NCBI GenBank assembly: GCA_021787985.1
Contig: JAJYLG010000006.1
Location: forward strand, 7,611-71,610
Reading direction: 5' to 3'
Length of the DNA: 64,000 nt
Source of the DNA: Chloroflexota bacterium
GTDB lineage: Bacteria; Chloroflexota; Dehalococcoidia; DSGV01
Below are positions 30,624-40,677 of the stretch, in pieces (position 1 is the stretch's first letter; the number at the start of each line of letters is the position of its first letter). The notes under the pieces were generated by a model. The model did no database searches. It was not told where the DNA came from and was given only the letters and a program-made list of their open reading frames with translations. A program made the translations under genes and the position numbers.

Positions 30624-31634
30624 ATGAGCTTTCATCGCCGCAGGTATGCGCTGATAGTCGCCCTCGGTCTCGCCGTGGTTCTGGCGGGGCTGGGCTACTT
30701 CGGGCGCCACGCGCCCCAGGCCCGGGCGACGGACTACTCGTACACGCCAACACCCACGCCGGCAACATTACCACTCCCGGACCTGACCGTGCGCAAGGAC
30801 CCCAAGCCCTGGCAGCCCAATCCACGGCCGGGCGGGTCATTTGCGTACATCATCACGGTGACGAACATCGGCACGGCAGCGACGCCGCCGCCGCCGGTGG
30901 AGGTGATGCTGCGGGACCTGCTGCCGAAGGGCGCCACGCTCAGGGATTGGACCATCCTGCAGGGGTCTGGCATTTGCGCGCTGAACTGGGTGGGCCAATG
31001 GGCCGTCGACTGCCGGCGCGGGCGGATGGCGCCGAACGAGGTGTGGCGGGTCGAGATCCGGGTGTGGGTGCCATGGCTGGCGTGCGTGCCGATGGTGAAT
31101 CGGGCGAAGGTGGACCCGTACAACTGGATCAAGGAAAGCGACGAGACCAACAATAGCGCGTCGCTGAAGACGTACGTGGGGGTCGATCGGTGCATCGACA
31201 CGGACGGGACGGCGACGGATGGCGACGGGTTTGAGAACCCGGTGACGCCGGGATCGGTGCAGGTGTTCTTCGGCGCGAAGCTGACGTCGTGGCCGACGGG
31301 GTGGAGCACGGAAGGGCTCGACATGTTCGACAACGACGCGAACGCGAGGTGGACGTTCGGGCTGCACGGGGACGACCTGCACGTGGAAGGGCCGGCCTAT
31401 CCGGGGGCGATCCGGGACGGGTTCCATGACCATCCCAACGACCCGCACGTGCTGGACTACGACGGGAGCCTGAACGTGAGCGGGCAGCATGTGAGCTGCG
31501 ACTTCGAGACGGGGACGTTCTGCCCGGTGGGGCTCCCGGGGAACGTCAAGTTCTATGACCGCAATCTGAACGGGAACTGGGACGACGGCGAAGACATCGT
31601 GCTGGACGTGAACGGCGACGGCGTCTTCGACTAG
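30624..31634 (+). CDS. Secreted protein with DUF11/CARDB Ig-like domain and Asp-rich putative Ca-binding C-terminus
   Basis: Signal peptide, PT linker, PDLTVRK..YIITVTNIG..VDPYNWIKESDETNN; DRNLNGNWDDGED, DVNGDGVFD. Confidence 0.8.
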   Translation: MSFHRRRYALIVALGLAVVLAGLGYFGRHAPQARATDYSYTPTPTPATLPLPDLTVRKDPKPWQPNPRPGGSFAYIITVTNIGTAATPPPPVEVMLRDLLPKGATLRDWTILQGSGICALNWVGQWAVDCRRGRMAPNEVWRVEIRVWVPWLACVPMVNRAKVDPYNWIKESDETNNSASLKTYVGVDRCIDTDGTATDGDGFENPVTPGSVQVFFGAKLTSWPTGWSTEGLDMFDNDANARWTFGLHGDDLHVEGPAYPGAIRDGFHDHPNDPHVLDYDGSLNVSGQHVSCDFETGTFCPVGLPGNVKFYDRNLNGNWDDGEDIVLDVNGDGVFD

Positions 31635-31897
31635 GCATCTGGGCATGTGCGCGCGGGGCCAGCGGGTGAACGGCCCCGCGCGCCTCCAGGCCCGGGATGG
31701 CAACAGCGCGGGCGCGCCGCGCCGCACGAGACATACCTCGCAGCGCACGACTGCTCGGGGCAGAATATGGACGTAGCCTGTCGCCAGCGGAGTGGTGTCA
31801 TCGCGGTGGAAGCCAGCGGCCCGACCGCAGCAGGCGCTCCCCCGCGGTGCGACGGGCGGAACGGGGCGCTGGCGCGGTGACGCAGCGGGCGGGGACG

Positions 31898-32341
31898 ATG
31901 CGCGGGCGATGCGGCCCGACGGTTGAAAGAGCGGACGCGGATCGAGGGCGCTCCGGGGACGACGCCGAGCGTAGCGCGGCGGGGCCGGTCGAGGAGTCGC
32001 TTCGTGCGAAGCTCGAGCGGTGGCGGAGCTGGGAGGCGGAGGCGCGCGCCGCGCGGGCCGAGGGGCTCGGCTACCCGCCGCTGCCGGAGCGGCTCACCTC
32101 GGAGGAGCTGCGGGCTCTGCACCGTCGGCAGCGGTCGCGAGCCACGGAGTTGGACGGCTCACCGAGGCTCGGCGGCGGGAGCGAGCGCATCAGCTCGGCC
32201 ACACGGCGGCAGCTCGTGGGGCAGGCGGCGGGGCTGCTGCGGCCCGAGCGGCTGCTGCTGGTCGTGCTCGTCGTGCTGCTGGCGATGCTGGCGGTGAGCG
32301 TCGTGCTCGCATCGGGCGCTCAGGTCCGCCCGCCGCCATGA
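31898..32341 (+). CDS. Hypothetical protein with C-terminal TM helix
   Basis: LLLVVLVVLLAMLAVSVVLA; start uncertain. Confidence 0.5.
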   Translation: MRGRCGPTVERADADRGRSGDDAERSAAGPVEESLRAKLERWRSWEAEARAARAEGLGYPPLPERLTSEELRALHRRQRSRATELDGSPRLGGGSERISSATRRQLVGQAAGLLRPERLLLVVLVVLLAMLAVSVVLASGAQVRPPP

Positions 32342-32433
32342 GAGGATGACGCGACGACCGTGCAGAGCCCGGCGCTGGCATGCTCGCACCGAGCTCGGGT
32401 GGCGGAAGGCGCGGCCGGCACCTCGTCAACAGG

Positions 32434-32459
32434 GCGGCCGGGGCTAGTGCCCCGGCCGC
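32434..32459. terminator. Hairpin between convergent genes
   Basis: GCGGCCGGGGC-tagt-GCCCCGGCCGC 11-bp stem. Confidence 0.5.
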
Positions 32460-32483
32460 TCGCCTCGCTGATGCGGGCTCCGG

Positions 32484-33980
32484 TCAGACCCGGGTCGGGA
32501 CGGCGAGCTCCGGGTGGTGGGCCTGGCGGGCCTTCATCGTGCGGAAGATGCGCTCGTAAAGCTTGTCGATCGGGCGCAGCCTGGCCGTGTACTTGTCGTA
32601 GATCTCGCGCGATCGCTGCAGGGTCCAGTTGCGCGGTTCACCGTTGGGGAGGGTGGCCTCGTCCTGGAACACGAACTGGCGGCCCGTGTAGAGGTGGTAG
32701 GGCGGCAGCTTGCCCTCGGGTAGCAGCGACCCATCCTCATCGAGCAGCTTCAGACCCGTGGCCATCAGCGGGTTCGGCCAGTTGATGGTCGCGGGTAGCG
32801 GTGTGAGCAGGTTGGCTGTCTGGTAGCGGCTGACGGAGCGCACCCACTCGGCCAGCTCCATCACCGACTCCTCGGTGTCATACGGCAGGCCGATGATGGT
32901 CATCGCCACCACCGTGTAGCCGTAGCGGTTGAGCTGCTCGAGGTCGCGGTGTACCTGGTCCGGGTCCTGCCGCTTGCGCACGAGCTCGAGGTTCTTGGCG
33001 TTGGAGGACTCGACGCCCAGGTAGAGCATCTCGACGCCGATGTCGCGCATCCCCTCGGCCATCTCCGCGTCCTGGCCGAGCTCGGCACGGCCCTGGATGA
33101 TCATGAACATCCCGTCCGTGCGACCGCGCCAGTTGCGGACCCGCTCCATGCGCTCGTTGCGGAACTTGACGGCCCGCAGCGGCGGGGGGTGGAGGTCGTC
33201 GGTGACGAAGACGGCGAAGCGGCCGTTGATGGGTGAGCGATAGATAAGGCCGTCGGCGGCCATCTCCTGGAGCTGCTGCAGGCGCGCCAGCTCGGTCTGG
33301 CGCGAGACCATGCGATAGCCCTTGAACTGCTGGACGACCTCACAGAAGGAGCAGTTCTCGACGCAGCCACGGACGGTCTCGATGATGCCGGCGGCCAGGG
33401 GGTTCTGGGGCGTCAGGTCGCGGACGGAGCGGTAGTCGGGAAGCGTGACGTAATCACTGGGGATGACGGGCCGGAAGGGTGTGCGCACGATCCGTTCGCC
33501 GTCCCTGAACGCGATGCCTCCCACCTTGTAGAGCTCGCGCGTGAGGGCGTCGCCCTCGTAGGTGAGCAGCAGGTCGGCGACGGTGCCGACCACGTCCTCG
33601 GCCTCGCGCATGACGACCACGTCGAGCAGTCCTTCGCGGATCGCTTCCTCGTAGAGCGGGCCCATGTGCGGCCCGCCGCCCATGGACCTGATATGTGGGT
33701 GCGTGAGCTTCGCCTGTCGGGCTACCTCGTAGGCGCGCGGAGCCTCGTTGATCAGTGCCGTGACGAGTAGCAGGTCCGTGTCGTCGAGGTCGCGGGCGGC
33801 GTCGATCTTGCCGCTGCGGTCCTCCATCCAGATCTGGCGGTCGTAGATGTATGGTCCCTGATGGTCGCGCAGTGCGGCCGAGAGATACAGCATGCCCTGC
33901 CGGAAGATGGCGACGTATTCGAAGTTCCCGCCCGTGCTCTTTGGCTGCACGAGCATCGCGTTCTTGATTCGTGAGTGCAT
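32484..33980 (-). CDS. B12-binding-domain radical SAM protein
   Basis: MGGGPH..VVMREAE N-domain; ETVRGCVENCSFC (CxxxCxxC); YLGVES; IIGLPYDT; LTPLPAT. Confidence 0.88.
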   Translation of the reverse strand: MHSRIKNAMLVQPKSTGGNFEYVAIFRQGMLYLSAALRDHQGPYIYDRQIWMEDRSGKIDAARDLDDTDLLLVTALINEAPRAYEVARQAKLTHPHIRSMGGGPHMGPLYEEAIREGLLDVVVMREAEDVVGTVADLLLTYEGDALTRELYKVGGIAFRDGERIVRTPFRPVIPSDYVTLPDYRSVRDLTPQNPLAAGIIETVRGCVENCSFCEVVQQFKGYRMVSRQTELARLQQLQEMAADGLIYRSPINGRFAVFVTDDLHPPPLRAVKFRNERMERVRNWRGRTDGMFMIIQGRAELGQDAEMAEGMRDIGVEMLYLGVESSNAKNLELVRKRQDPDQVHRDLEQLNRYGYTVVAMTIIGLPYDTEESVMELAEWVRSVSRYQTANLLTPLPATINWPNPLMATGLKLLDEDGSLLPEGKLPPYHLYTGRQFVFQDEATLPNGEPRNWTLQRSREIYDKYTARLRPIDKLYERIFRTMKARQAHHPELAVPTRV

Positions 33981-34018
33981 CGGGTACGGCGCTCCTGTCT
34001 GATGTCGGGTGGCGCGAT

Positions 34019-34387
34019 TCAGGCCGGGATACCGGCCAGGGGGCGAGCCCCCGATGACAGGAGTGGTATCGGAGCGCGAGTCCCCGAGGCACGGACGAGC
34101 GGCGCGGCCGCGCTGGGAGCGACACGCACCGGGGTAGGCAAGGGCAGCACCGGGCGTCGCGGGCGGAGCCGATGCGCCAGAACCGCCACCGGGCCGCCCG
34201 GCAGGGGCGGCTGCGCGACCGGGGCGTGGCTGCGACCCGACCGGCCGCGCCCCTCGGCGAGCTGGGCGACCAGCATCACGAGCGCCAGGCGGTTGCGCAC
34301 GAACAGCTCGGACACCATGTCGAACAGGTCAAGCTGCGGCGCGCGCCCGAGCGTAACCCGCAGCCGCAGACCGTTACGACAACCCAT
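34019..34387 (-). CDS. Hypothetical protein upstream of the radical SAM gene
   Basis: GGGAG RBS; extended -10 TGCTATGCT at 34418-34426 (minus); Pro-rich C-half. Confidence 0.45.
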   Translation of the reverse strand: MGCRNGLRLRVTLGRAPQLDLFDMVSELFVRNRLALVMLVAQLAEGRGRSGRSHAPVAQPPLPGGPVAVLAHRLRPRRPVLPLPTPVRVAPSAAAPLVRASGTRAPIPLLSSGARPLAGIPA

Positions 34388-34483
34388 TCGCTCTCCCTGC
34401 ACCCTTGTAACGGTGGCAGCATAGCACGGTGATGCGGTCTGTGCGTGGACTGCCGGCGTCAGTTTACGAAGAAATCGCTCCGC

Positions 34484-36031
34484 CTATTTCCGCAGGTCGC
34501 GCACCGCACGCGCGATCTCCGCTGCGAGCTCGCCCGCCAGCAGCCCTCCGCTTCCGTACTCCGCGGCGAGGCGCTCCGCGGCCATGCCATGCAGGAAGAC
34601 CCCGAGCGCGGCCGCGACGGGCGCCTCGACCCCTTGCGCCAACAAGCCAGCGATCGCCCCCGAGAGGACGTCGCCAGTACCGGCCGTCGCCAGCAGCGGG
34701 TTGGCGAACGGCGAGAGCGCGGCCCAACCATCGGGCGCGGCGATCACGGTGCCGGCACCCTTGAGCACGACCACCACGTCCCATGCGGCCGCCGCCGACC
34801 GGGCGGCGCCCAACCGGTCGGCCTGGATGTCGCGGATCGGGCGGTCGAGCAGGCGGGACATCTCGCCGGGGTGGGGAGTGAGGACGGATCCGGCCGGGAA
34901 CGGGGCGGGCCACGGCCGCATGGCCGCGAGCGCGTTGAGCGCGTCGGCGTCGATCACCGTGCCTCGCCCTGCCGGCGGGCGGGTGCCGAAGCACGCCGCG
35001 CGCACGAGCGCGCGGGTGTAGCCGGTATCAGCGAGGCCCGGGCCCAGGCAGGCGGCTTCGAACTCGCGGCCGTACCACTCGCGCGCGGCGTCCGCGGCCA
35101 GCACCCCGTCGTGGTCGGCGGCGGGCAGCCAGGTCGCTTCGCGCAGGCGCGACGCCAGGTGGTCGACGATGCTCGCCGGGGAGCACACCGTCACCAGCCC
35201 CGCACCGACACGGTAGGCTGCCTCGGCGGCGAGGACCGGCGCGCCGCGATACCAACGGGAGCCGCCCACGACCAGCACGCGCCCGAACGTGCCCTTGTGC
35301 GCATCGCCCGGCCGCGGCGGGAGGTGCGCGCGGGCCCACGCGCGGTCCAGCACCGTGAGCGCGGCCCGCGGCCGCACGCCGGAGGGCATGCCGATGTCCA
35401 CCGCCTGGAGCTGACCGACGTACTCGGCGCCCGGCGACAAGAACAACCCGACCTTGCAGTAGCCCAGCGCCACGGTGATGTCCGCGGCGACGGTGTGCGG
35501 ATCGACCGCGCCGGTATCCGCGTCGAGGCCGGTCGGGAGGTCGACCGCAACCAGGCGTGGCGCCATCGACCCGGAGCGCGCTTCGCCCAGCGCGCCGAGC
35601 ACGTCCGCCATGCGTCCTTCGATCGCCCGGCCGCGGCCAGTGCCCAGGATCGCGTCGATCACGGCGTCGCTGCGACCCAGCTCGGAGTGCAGCGCAGCGA
35701 GCTCTGGGTCCGCCTCCGGCTCCACCAACGGGACGCTGGCGTCGACGGTCGCGCGGTAGACCGGGTCGTCGTTCTGCCGGGGCGCCACGAGGTAGGCGGT
35801 GACCGAGGCGCCCCACTCGTGCAGCGTGCGCGCGGCGACCAGGCCGTCGCCGCCGTTGTTGCCCGGGCCGACCAGCACCAGGATGTGGCGCTCCTCGAGC
35901 GTGCCCAACGCCATCCAGGTCTCCTGCGCGATGGCGAGGCCCGCCTGCGCCATCAGCGCTTCGGTGCCCACCCCGGCCTCGGCGCAGCGGCGTTCCAGGT
36001 CCCGCATCTCGTCAACGGTGATGGCGTCCAC
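34484..36031 (-). CDS. nnr: Bifunctional NAD(P)H-hydrate epimerase/dehydratase
   Basis: GPGNNGGDG, VDLPTG, HKGTFG, LTPHPGEM, ATAGTGDVLSG. Confidence 0.93.
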   Translation of the reverse strand: MDAITVDEMRDLERRCAEAGVGTEALMAQAGLAIAQETWMALGTLEERHILVLVGPGNNGGDGLVAARTLHEWGASVTAYLVAPRQNDDPVYRATVDASVPLVEPEADPELAALHSELGRSDAVIDAILGTGRGRAIEGRMADVLGALGEARSGSMAPRLVAVDLPTGLDADTGAVDPHTVAADITVALGYCKVGLFLSPGAEYVGQLQAVDIGMPSGVRPRAALTVLDRAWARAHLPPRPGDAHKGTFGRVLVVGGSRWYRGAPVLAAEAAYRVGAGLVTVCSPASIVDHLASRLREATWLPAADHDGVLAADAAREWYGREFEAACLGPGLADTGYTRALVRAACFGTRPPAGRGTVIDADALNALAAMRPWPAPFPAGSVLTPHPGEMSRLLDRPIRDIQADRLGAARSAAAAWDVVVVLKGAGTVIAAPDGWAALSPFANPLLATAGTGDVLSGAIAGLLAQGVEAPVAAALGVFLHGMAAERLAAEYGSGGLLAGELAAEIARAVRDLRK

Positions 36032-36037
36032 GATCGC

Positions 36038-36487
36038 TCACAGCCCCCCGCGCTCGCGAAGGTATTGCTCCAGTCGCCGGCGCCAGGCCGGCAGGTCGTC
36101 TTCCGGCTCGGGCCGGCCGGCGCGCGCCCCCACGGCCACGGCGATGGCGAGCTCGCCGGAGTGGGTCAGCGACACGTCCAGGGCCGCCAGGCCGATCGCC
36201 TCCGCGCGCGCCCGGGCGCGGCCGTGCAGGTGGACGCGCGGCTTGCCGCGCCGGTCCGGCAACACCTCGATCTCGCGCCAGGCAACTCCGCGCACGCCGG
36301 TCCCGAGCGCCTTCATCACGGCCTCCTTGGCGGCGAAACGTGCGGCCAGCTCGTGCGGACGAGCCGCGTAGAGCGCTCGCTCGAGGTCGGTGTAGACGCG
36401 CTCGAGGAAACGCGCGCCGTACCGCTCGACTGCCCGGCGCACCCGGCCGATCTCGATGACGTCGGTGCCGACGGCGAGCCGGTCCAC
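36038..36487 (-). CDS. acpS: Holo-ACP synthase
   Basis: GTDVIEI, LAARFAAKEAVMKALGTG, VSLTH; start 36487 or 36496. Confidence 0.93.
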   Translation of the reverse strand: MDRLAVGTDVIEIGRVRRAVERYGARFLERVYTDLERALYAARPHELAARFAAKEAVMKALGTGVRGVAWREIEVLPDRRGKPRVHLHGRARARAEAIGLAALDVSLTHSGELAIAVAVGARAGRPEPEDDLPAWRRRLEQYLRERGGL

Positions 36488-36547
36488 GACGCCCATCGTA
36501 CGGGTCGGCGGGGCGAGCGTCATCGGGCAGGGTGGTACGATCGGCGC

Positions 36548-37438
36548 GTGACTGCCGAGATCATCGAGGGGAAGGCGATCGCCGCCGGCATCCGGGGGGA
36601 ATTGCGGGATCGCGTCGAGCGGCTGGCGAAGCTGACCGTGCGGCCAGGGCTCGCGGTCGTGCTCGTGGGGAACAACCCCGCCAGCGAGTCATACGTGCGT
36701 GGCAAGACGCAGGCGGCGCAGGAGCTCGGTCTGGCGGGCGAAACGATCCGCCTCGCGGCCGACAGCACCCAAGAGCACGTCCTGGGACTGGTGGCCGACC
36801 TGAACGCCGACCCGCGGTACCACGGCATCCTTGTGCAACTGCCGCTGCCCGGCGGCCTGGACGAGCGGGCCACCGTGGAGGCGATCCATCCGGAGAAGGA
36901 CGTGGACGGGCTGCATCCGGTGAACATGGGTCGCCTGCTGCGTGGCGAGCCGGGCCCGCGGCCGTGCACCCCGCTGGGCGTGCAGCAGATGCTCGTCCGC
37001 AGTGGCCACTCCCCCGAGGGAAAGCGGGTGGCGATCGTGGGACGCGGCATCCTGGTCGGCAAGCCGTTGGCCGCGATCCTGATGCAGAAGGCGCCCGGCG
37101 CCGACGCGACGGTGACGGTGTGTCACAGCCGCACGCCCGACCTGCCGGCCGCGCTCCGGTCGGCCGACATCGTGGTGGCGGCGATCGGCGTCGCCTGCTT
37201 CGTCACGGCCGACATGGTGCGGCCGGGCGCGGTGGTGGTGGACGTGGGCATCAACCGCGTTGCGGACCCGTCGCGCAAGAGCGGCTACCGCATCGTCGGG
37301 GACGTCGACTTCGAGACCGTGCGGGAGGTCGCGAGCGCGATCACACCGGTGCCCGGCGGCGTTGGGCCGCTGACGGTGACGATGCTGCTGGTCAACACGG
37401 TCGCCGCCGCGGAGCGGGCGGTGGGGCTGCACGCCTGA
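36548..37438 (+). CDS. folD: Methylenetetrahydrofolate dehydrogenase/cyclohydrolase
   Basis: GILVQLPLP, EKDVDG, PCTP, VDVGINR, TPVPGGVGP. Confidence 0.96.
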   Translation: MTAEIIEGKAIAAGIRGELRDRVERLAKLTVRPGLAVVLVGNNPASESYVRGKTQAAQELGLAGETIRLAADSTQEHVLGLVADLNADPRYHGILVQLPLPGGLDERATVEAIHPEKDVDGLHPVNMGRLLRGEPGPRPCTPLGVQQMLVRSGHSPEGKRVAIVGRGILVGKPLAAILMQKAPGADATVTVCHSRTPDLPAALRSADIVVAAIGVACFVTADMVRPGAVVVDVGINRVADPSRKSGYRIVGDVDFETVREVASAITPVPGGVGPLTVTMLLVNTVAAAERAVGLHA

Positions 37439-37442
37439 CACG

Positions 37443-38147
37443 GTGGGCTGGCCGCCTGTCCTCCCATCGCACTGGCCGCGCGACGCTGCCGCGGCGATCG
37501 CATTGCAGCGGGCGCTCGCGGGCACGGTCGTGCGCACGGGCACGCCGGGCGAGGTGCGGACGGTGGCGGGAGTGGACTGCGCTCTGGGCAGCGTCGGCAC
37601 ACGTGGCCGGGCGGCGGCCGTGGTCTGCGACTATCCGGGGCTGATGCCGCGGGCCGTGGGCGTGATCGAAGACACGGTGCCGTTTCCGTACGTGCCTGGG
37701 CTGCTGAGCTTCCGCGAGACCCCCCTTGTGCTGGGGGCGCTGGGGCGTGTGGGGGGGCCGCCCGACCTGCTGCTGGTGGATGGCCACGGCTATAGTCATC
37801 CGCGCCGCTTCGGCATTGCCTGCCACCTGGGGGTCCTGCTGGACGTGCCGACGATCGGGGTGGCGAAGTCGCGACTCACGGGCGAGCCGGCGGAGGTCGG
37901 GTCGGCTCCAGGCGATGTGGCATACCTGCGCGATGGCGACGAGGTGATCGGCGCGATCGTGCGTACGCGGGCGGGTGTGAAGCCGGTCTATGTTTCGGTC
38001 GGGCATCGGCTGAGCTTGGAGGCGGCGGTCGAGTGGACGCTGCGCTGCGGCGCCGGCTACCGGCTGCCGGAGCCGACGCGGCTGGCCGACGTCGCCGCGG
38101 GCGGGGGTGACCCGTGGCGCCACGCAGCGCGACTCTCCTCGGGCTGA
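37443..38147 (+). CDS. nfi: Endonuclease V
   Basis: FPYVPGLLSFRE, VDGHGYSHPRRFGIACH, KPVYVSVGH, RLPEPTRLAD. Confidence 0.93.
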   Translation: MGWPPVLPSHWPRDAAAAIALQRALAGTVVRTGTPGEVRTVAGVDCALGSVGTRGRAAAVVCDYPGLMPRAVGVIEDTVPFPYVPGLLSFRETPLVLGALGRVGGPPDLLLVDGHGYSHPRRFGIACHLGVLLDVPTIGVAKSRLTGEPAEVGSAPGDVAYLRDGDEVIGAIVRTRAGVKPVYVSVGHRLSLEAAVEWTLRCGAGYRLPEPTRLADVAAGGGDPWRHAARLSSG

Positions 38148-38225
38148 GCGCTGGATGTGGACGGGCGGTGGGGCCTCCGGGGTCAGGCCGAACGCCTGTA
38201 CGATACATAGAGAGGTGAACGCGCG

Positions 38226-39339
38226 ATGAGCGAGCTGAGCGAACGTGCGGCGGCGCTGCACGAGCGGATTTCCGACTTTCTGGTGCGTCTTTGACGTCAC
38301 CGGCTGGGAGCGACGCGCGACGGAGCTAGAGGCCCAGGCGAGCCGTCCCGATTTCTGGCAGGACCCACAGGCTGCGCAAGAGACGATGCGCGATCTGGCC
38401 CGCTACCGCGCGGAAGCGGAGCAATGGCGGACCCTCGAGCGCCGCGCCGTCGAGTCGCGCGACCTGGCCGAGCTGGCCGAGATGGAGGGCGACGAGGCGC
38501 TCGCGGCCGACCTCGCGCGCGACCTGGGAGCGCTGGAAAAGGAGGTCGATCGGCTGGAGTTCGAGCTGACCTTGTCCGGCCCGTATGACGAGCGTAACGC
38601 CGTGCTGGCGGTCCACGCCGGCGCCGGTGGCACGGAATCGCAGGACTGGGCCGAGATGCTGCTGCGGATGTACCTGCGCTGGGCGGAGCGCCGCGGCTTC
38701 GGCGCTGACCTGGTGGACATGACCCCCGGCGAGGAGGCCGGCATCAAGAGCGCAACGGTCGAGATCCAAGGCCGCCACGCCTACGGGGCGCTGCGCTCGG
38801 AACGCGGCGTCCATCGGCTGGTGCGGCTCTCTCCGTTTGACGCCGACCATGCGCGGCACACCAGCTTCGCGCTGGTCGAGGTCATGCCGGAGGTTGACGA
38901 CTCCGCTGAGGTCGCGATCGGCCCGGACGACCTGCGCATCGACGTCTTCCGCGCCAGCGGGCACGGCGGGCAGAACGTGCAGAAGAACTCGACCGCCGTG
39001 CGCATCACGCACTTGCCCAGCGGCATCGTCGTGGCCTGCCAGAACGAGCGCTCGCAATCGCGCAACAAGGACCTGGCGATGCGCATCCTGCGGGCCCGCC
39101 TGCTCGAGCTGGAGCTGGAGCGTCAGACCGAGGAGCGTGCGCGGCTGAAGGGCGAGCACGTGGCCGCCGGCTGGGGCAACCAGATCCGGTCGTACGTGCT
39201 CCACCCGTACAAGCTGGTGAAGGACCTGCGCACGGGCTACGAGAGCACAGAGCCGCAGGCGGTGCTCGATGGAGACCTCGACCCCTTCATGGAGGCGTAC
39301 CTGCGCGCACAGGTGGGCCAAGAGGTGACCACGCCGTGA
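38226..39339 (+). CDS. prfB: Peptide chain release factor 2 with programmed +1 frameshift
   Basis: 22 codons then CTT TGA C at 38289-38295; SPF and GGQ motifs in the +1 frame. Confidence 0.97.
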
Positions 39340-40658
39340 GATGGGCGCGGGCGCTCGTGGTTGTGCTGGTGCTGTCGGTCTTGGGCGGGCTGGTGGCGCT
39401 TGCGCCGCCCGCAACGGCGCGCGCCGCGGAGTTGGTCGTCACCTCGACGCCGCAGCCGCAGAACCTCTTTCCGGACGGGGTGCTTTTCACCATCGCGGCG
39501 CGCTCCGACCAGCCGATCCGGTCGGTGCGGCTCACCTACAGCCTGGAGCCTGGTGGCATCCCCGTTGGAGCAGACGCGCAGTTCGAGCCTGGCGTGCAGG
39601 TCACGGCGCAATATCGGTTGCGGACGAGCGCGAACTACATCCCGCCCGGCAAGGTGATCACCTACCACTGGGAGCTGAAGGACGCCGCCGGCAACACGGT
39701 GACCACGCCGGACGCCCGGTTCCGCTACGATGACACGCGTTTCCAGTGGCAGGAAGCGCGCTCGGGGAACGTGGTGCTGCACTACTACAAGGGGGGTGCG
39801 GCGGGGGCGCAGCGCCTGGCCGCCGCCGGCGCCCAGGGCGTGGCGCGGGCCGAGGACCTCGAGGGCGTGCGGGTTCCGTTCGCGCTGAACGTCTGGGCGT
39901 ACGCCACGGAGCCCGACCTGCTCGTGGCGCAGCAGCACCAGAGCGCCGCCACCGACCCGGGCGTGCTGGGACAGGCGTTCGAGCCGGATACGCTGCTCTC
40001 GCTCGTCACCAACTTCGACGACCCGGTGGCGCACGACACCCTCCGCCACGAGCTGACGCACCTGGTCACGGCCTACGCCGTCTCTGGCCCGTACGAGCAG
40101 CTTTTCCCGATCTGGCTGAACGAGGGCATCTCCGTTTACATGCAGGGTGACCCGAACGACGTCGGTTACGTGGACGCGTTCCAGGCGGCGGTCAAGTCGG
40201 ACCGGATCGTCTCGCTGGTCCAGCTTCAGACGTTGCGATCGAGCGACATTGGCCTGTTCTACGGCGAGTCGTACGAGGTCGTGAAGTTCCTCGTGGACCG
40301 GTACGGCAAGGCGAAGCTGGCGCAGCTTCTGTCCGTGTACAAGCAGGGCTCGACCGACGATGGCGCGTTTCGCCAGGTGTACGGGACGGACCGCGCGGGG
40401 GTCTACCAGCAGTTCCGCGAGAGCCTGCGGCTGCCGACAGCACGACCCACGCCGACAGGCCAGCCGTCGTCGAGCACGGGCCGGACCGGCGACGCGCGGG
40501 CCCCAGTCGCTACGACGGCGGGTCACGGTGCAGGGCGCGCGATCATCGCCGTTCTGATCTTCGCGCTGGGCGCGCTGGCGGTCGCGCTGGTGGCGCTGCT
40601 GGTGGCGCTGGTGTGGTCGCGGGCCAGCGCGGCGCGGCGCCCGCCGGGTGGGGCGTGA
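39336..40658 (+). CDS. Exported, membrane-anchored gluzincin metallopeptidase (peptidase MA-like)
   Basis: Signal peptide, HELTH, WLNEG, C-terminal TM. Confidence 0.8.
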   Translation: MRWARALVVVLVLSVLGGLVALAPPATARAAELVVTSTPQPQNLFPDGVLFTIAARSDQPIRSVRLTYSLEPGGIPVGADAQFEPGVQVTAQYRLRTSANYIPPGKVITYHWELKDAAGNTVTTPDARFRYDDTRFQWQEARSGNVVLHYYKGGAAGAQRLAAAGAQGVARAEDLEGVRVPFALNVWAYATEPDLLVAQQHQSAATDPGVLGQAFEPDTLLSLVTNFDDPVAHDTLRHELTHLVTAYAVSGPYEQLFPIWLNEGISVYMQGDPNDVGYVDAFQAAVKSDRIVSLVQLQTLRSSDIGLFYGESYEVVKFLVDRYGKAKLAQLLSVYKQGSTDDGAFRQVYGTDRAGVYQQFRESLRLPTARPTPTGQPSSSTGRTGDARAPVATTAGHGAGRAIIAVLIFALGALAVALVALLVALVWSRASAARRPPGGA

Positions 40659-40677
40659 GCTGCCTGCGGCAGGCGGG

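Noticed and set aside
30279-31060. Possible DGR template/variable repeat pair
   Set aside because: Low nucleotide identity, mismatches not adenine-specific, and no reverse transcriptase in the window.
34445-36547. 997-aa ORF suggesting a large N-terminal extension on FolD
   Set aside because: The extension is the antisense of nnr and acpS; folD has its own -10 and GTG at 36548.
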